From contig MU053520.1 of assembly GCA_013239625.1 (NCBI GenBank), forward strand, positions 214,934-278,933: a stretch of DNA of 64,000 nucleotides. The letters are read 5' to 3'. The translations under genes were made by a program, and so were the position numbers. Shown piece after piece: positions 63,752 to 64,000 of the stretch. Below the pieces are notes generated by a model. That model saw only the letters and a list, made by a program, of their open reading frames with translations, ran no database searches and was not told the DNA's origin. Each line of letters opens with the position of its first letter. The first letter of the stretch is position 1. Origin of the DNA: Lama guanicoe. Taxonomy: Eukaryota.

Positions 63752-64000
63752 TGTGGTAGACACAGAGACAAACCATCCTGATCCTCTTTTAAGGAAGGAC
63801 TTTCTGCCCAGCTGCATGGACTGAAGTAAGTGATGGGTCTTGAAGTCCTAATGGAATGCCCAGCTATAGCTGTCAGTGTGGTACCTTATGAGCTAGAGAC
63901 CAAAGGTAGTTGAACCTGGCTCAGAGAACATCATCATGGGGAATTTCTCATTGTCTCTGCAGATACCAGTGGAGATAGAAGCAGGCTATTGAAGACCAGA
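63752..64000 (+). mobile_element. ERVL LTR16-like LTR (may extend past the window end)
   Basis: TGTGGTAGACAC..GATCCTCTTTTAAGGAAGGACTT..GCCCAGCTGCA. Confidence 0.6.

Overview
AT-rich, repeat-dense mammalian DNA, either intergenic or deep intronic. I can support no host exon, RNA gene or CpG island. It is most likely camelid (alpaca/llama/camel): a tRNA-Ala(AGC)-derived Vic-1-type SINE is present, and I see no Alu, B1/B2, BovB/Bov-tA, PRE-1 or Can-SINE. Nearly all ORFs with recognisable homology are decayed LINE-1 ORF1/ORF2 pieces. Main structures: (1) a near-identical 2.35 kb head-to-tail duplication at ~599-5300; (2) a tail-less, TSD-less 5'-truncated L1 splitting an MLT1 LTR, with an internal 235 bp duplication (~6.0-8.4 kb); (3) a three-deep nest of ERV1-type solo LTRs plus an inverted sister LTR, all inside an old L1 3'UTR (11.9-14.8 kb); (4) an L1 with both ends and a 12 bp TSD (34366-40532) that lacks ~0.8 kb of the ORF2 C-terminus; (5) several TSD-flanked L1 3' fragments, one containing an 82-N gap; (6) old MIR, L2, MaLR and hAT relics. 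I found no convincing new biological system. The findings concern transposon insertion mechanics, local duplications, possible assembly artefacts and a few weak enhancer candidates. Repeat subfamily names come from recalled consensus similarity and need RepeatMasker/Dfam confirmation. Boundaries of old elements are approximate.
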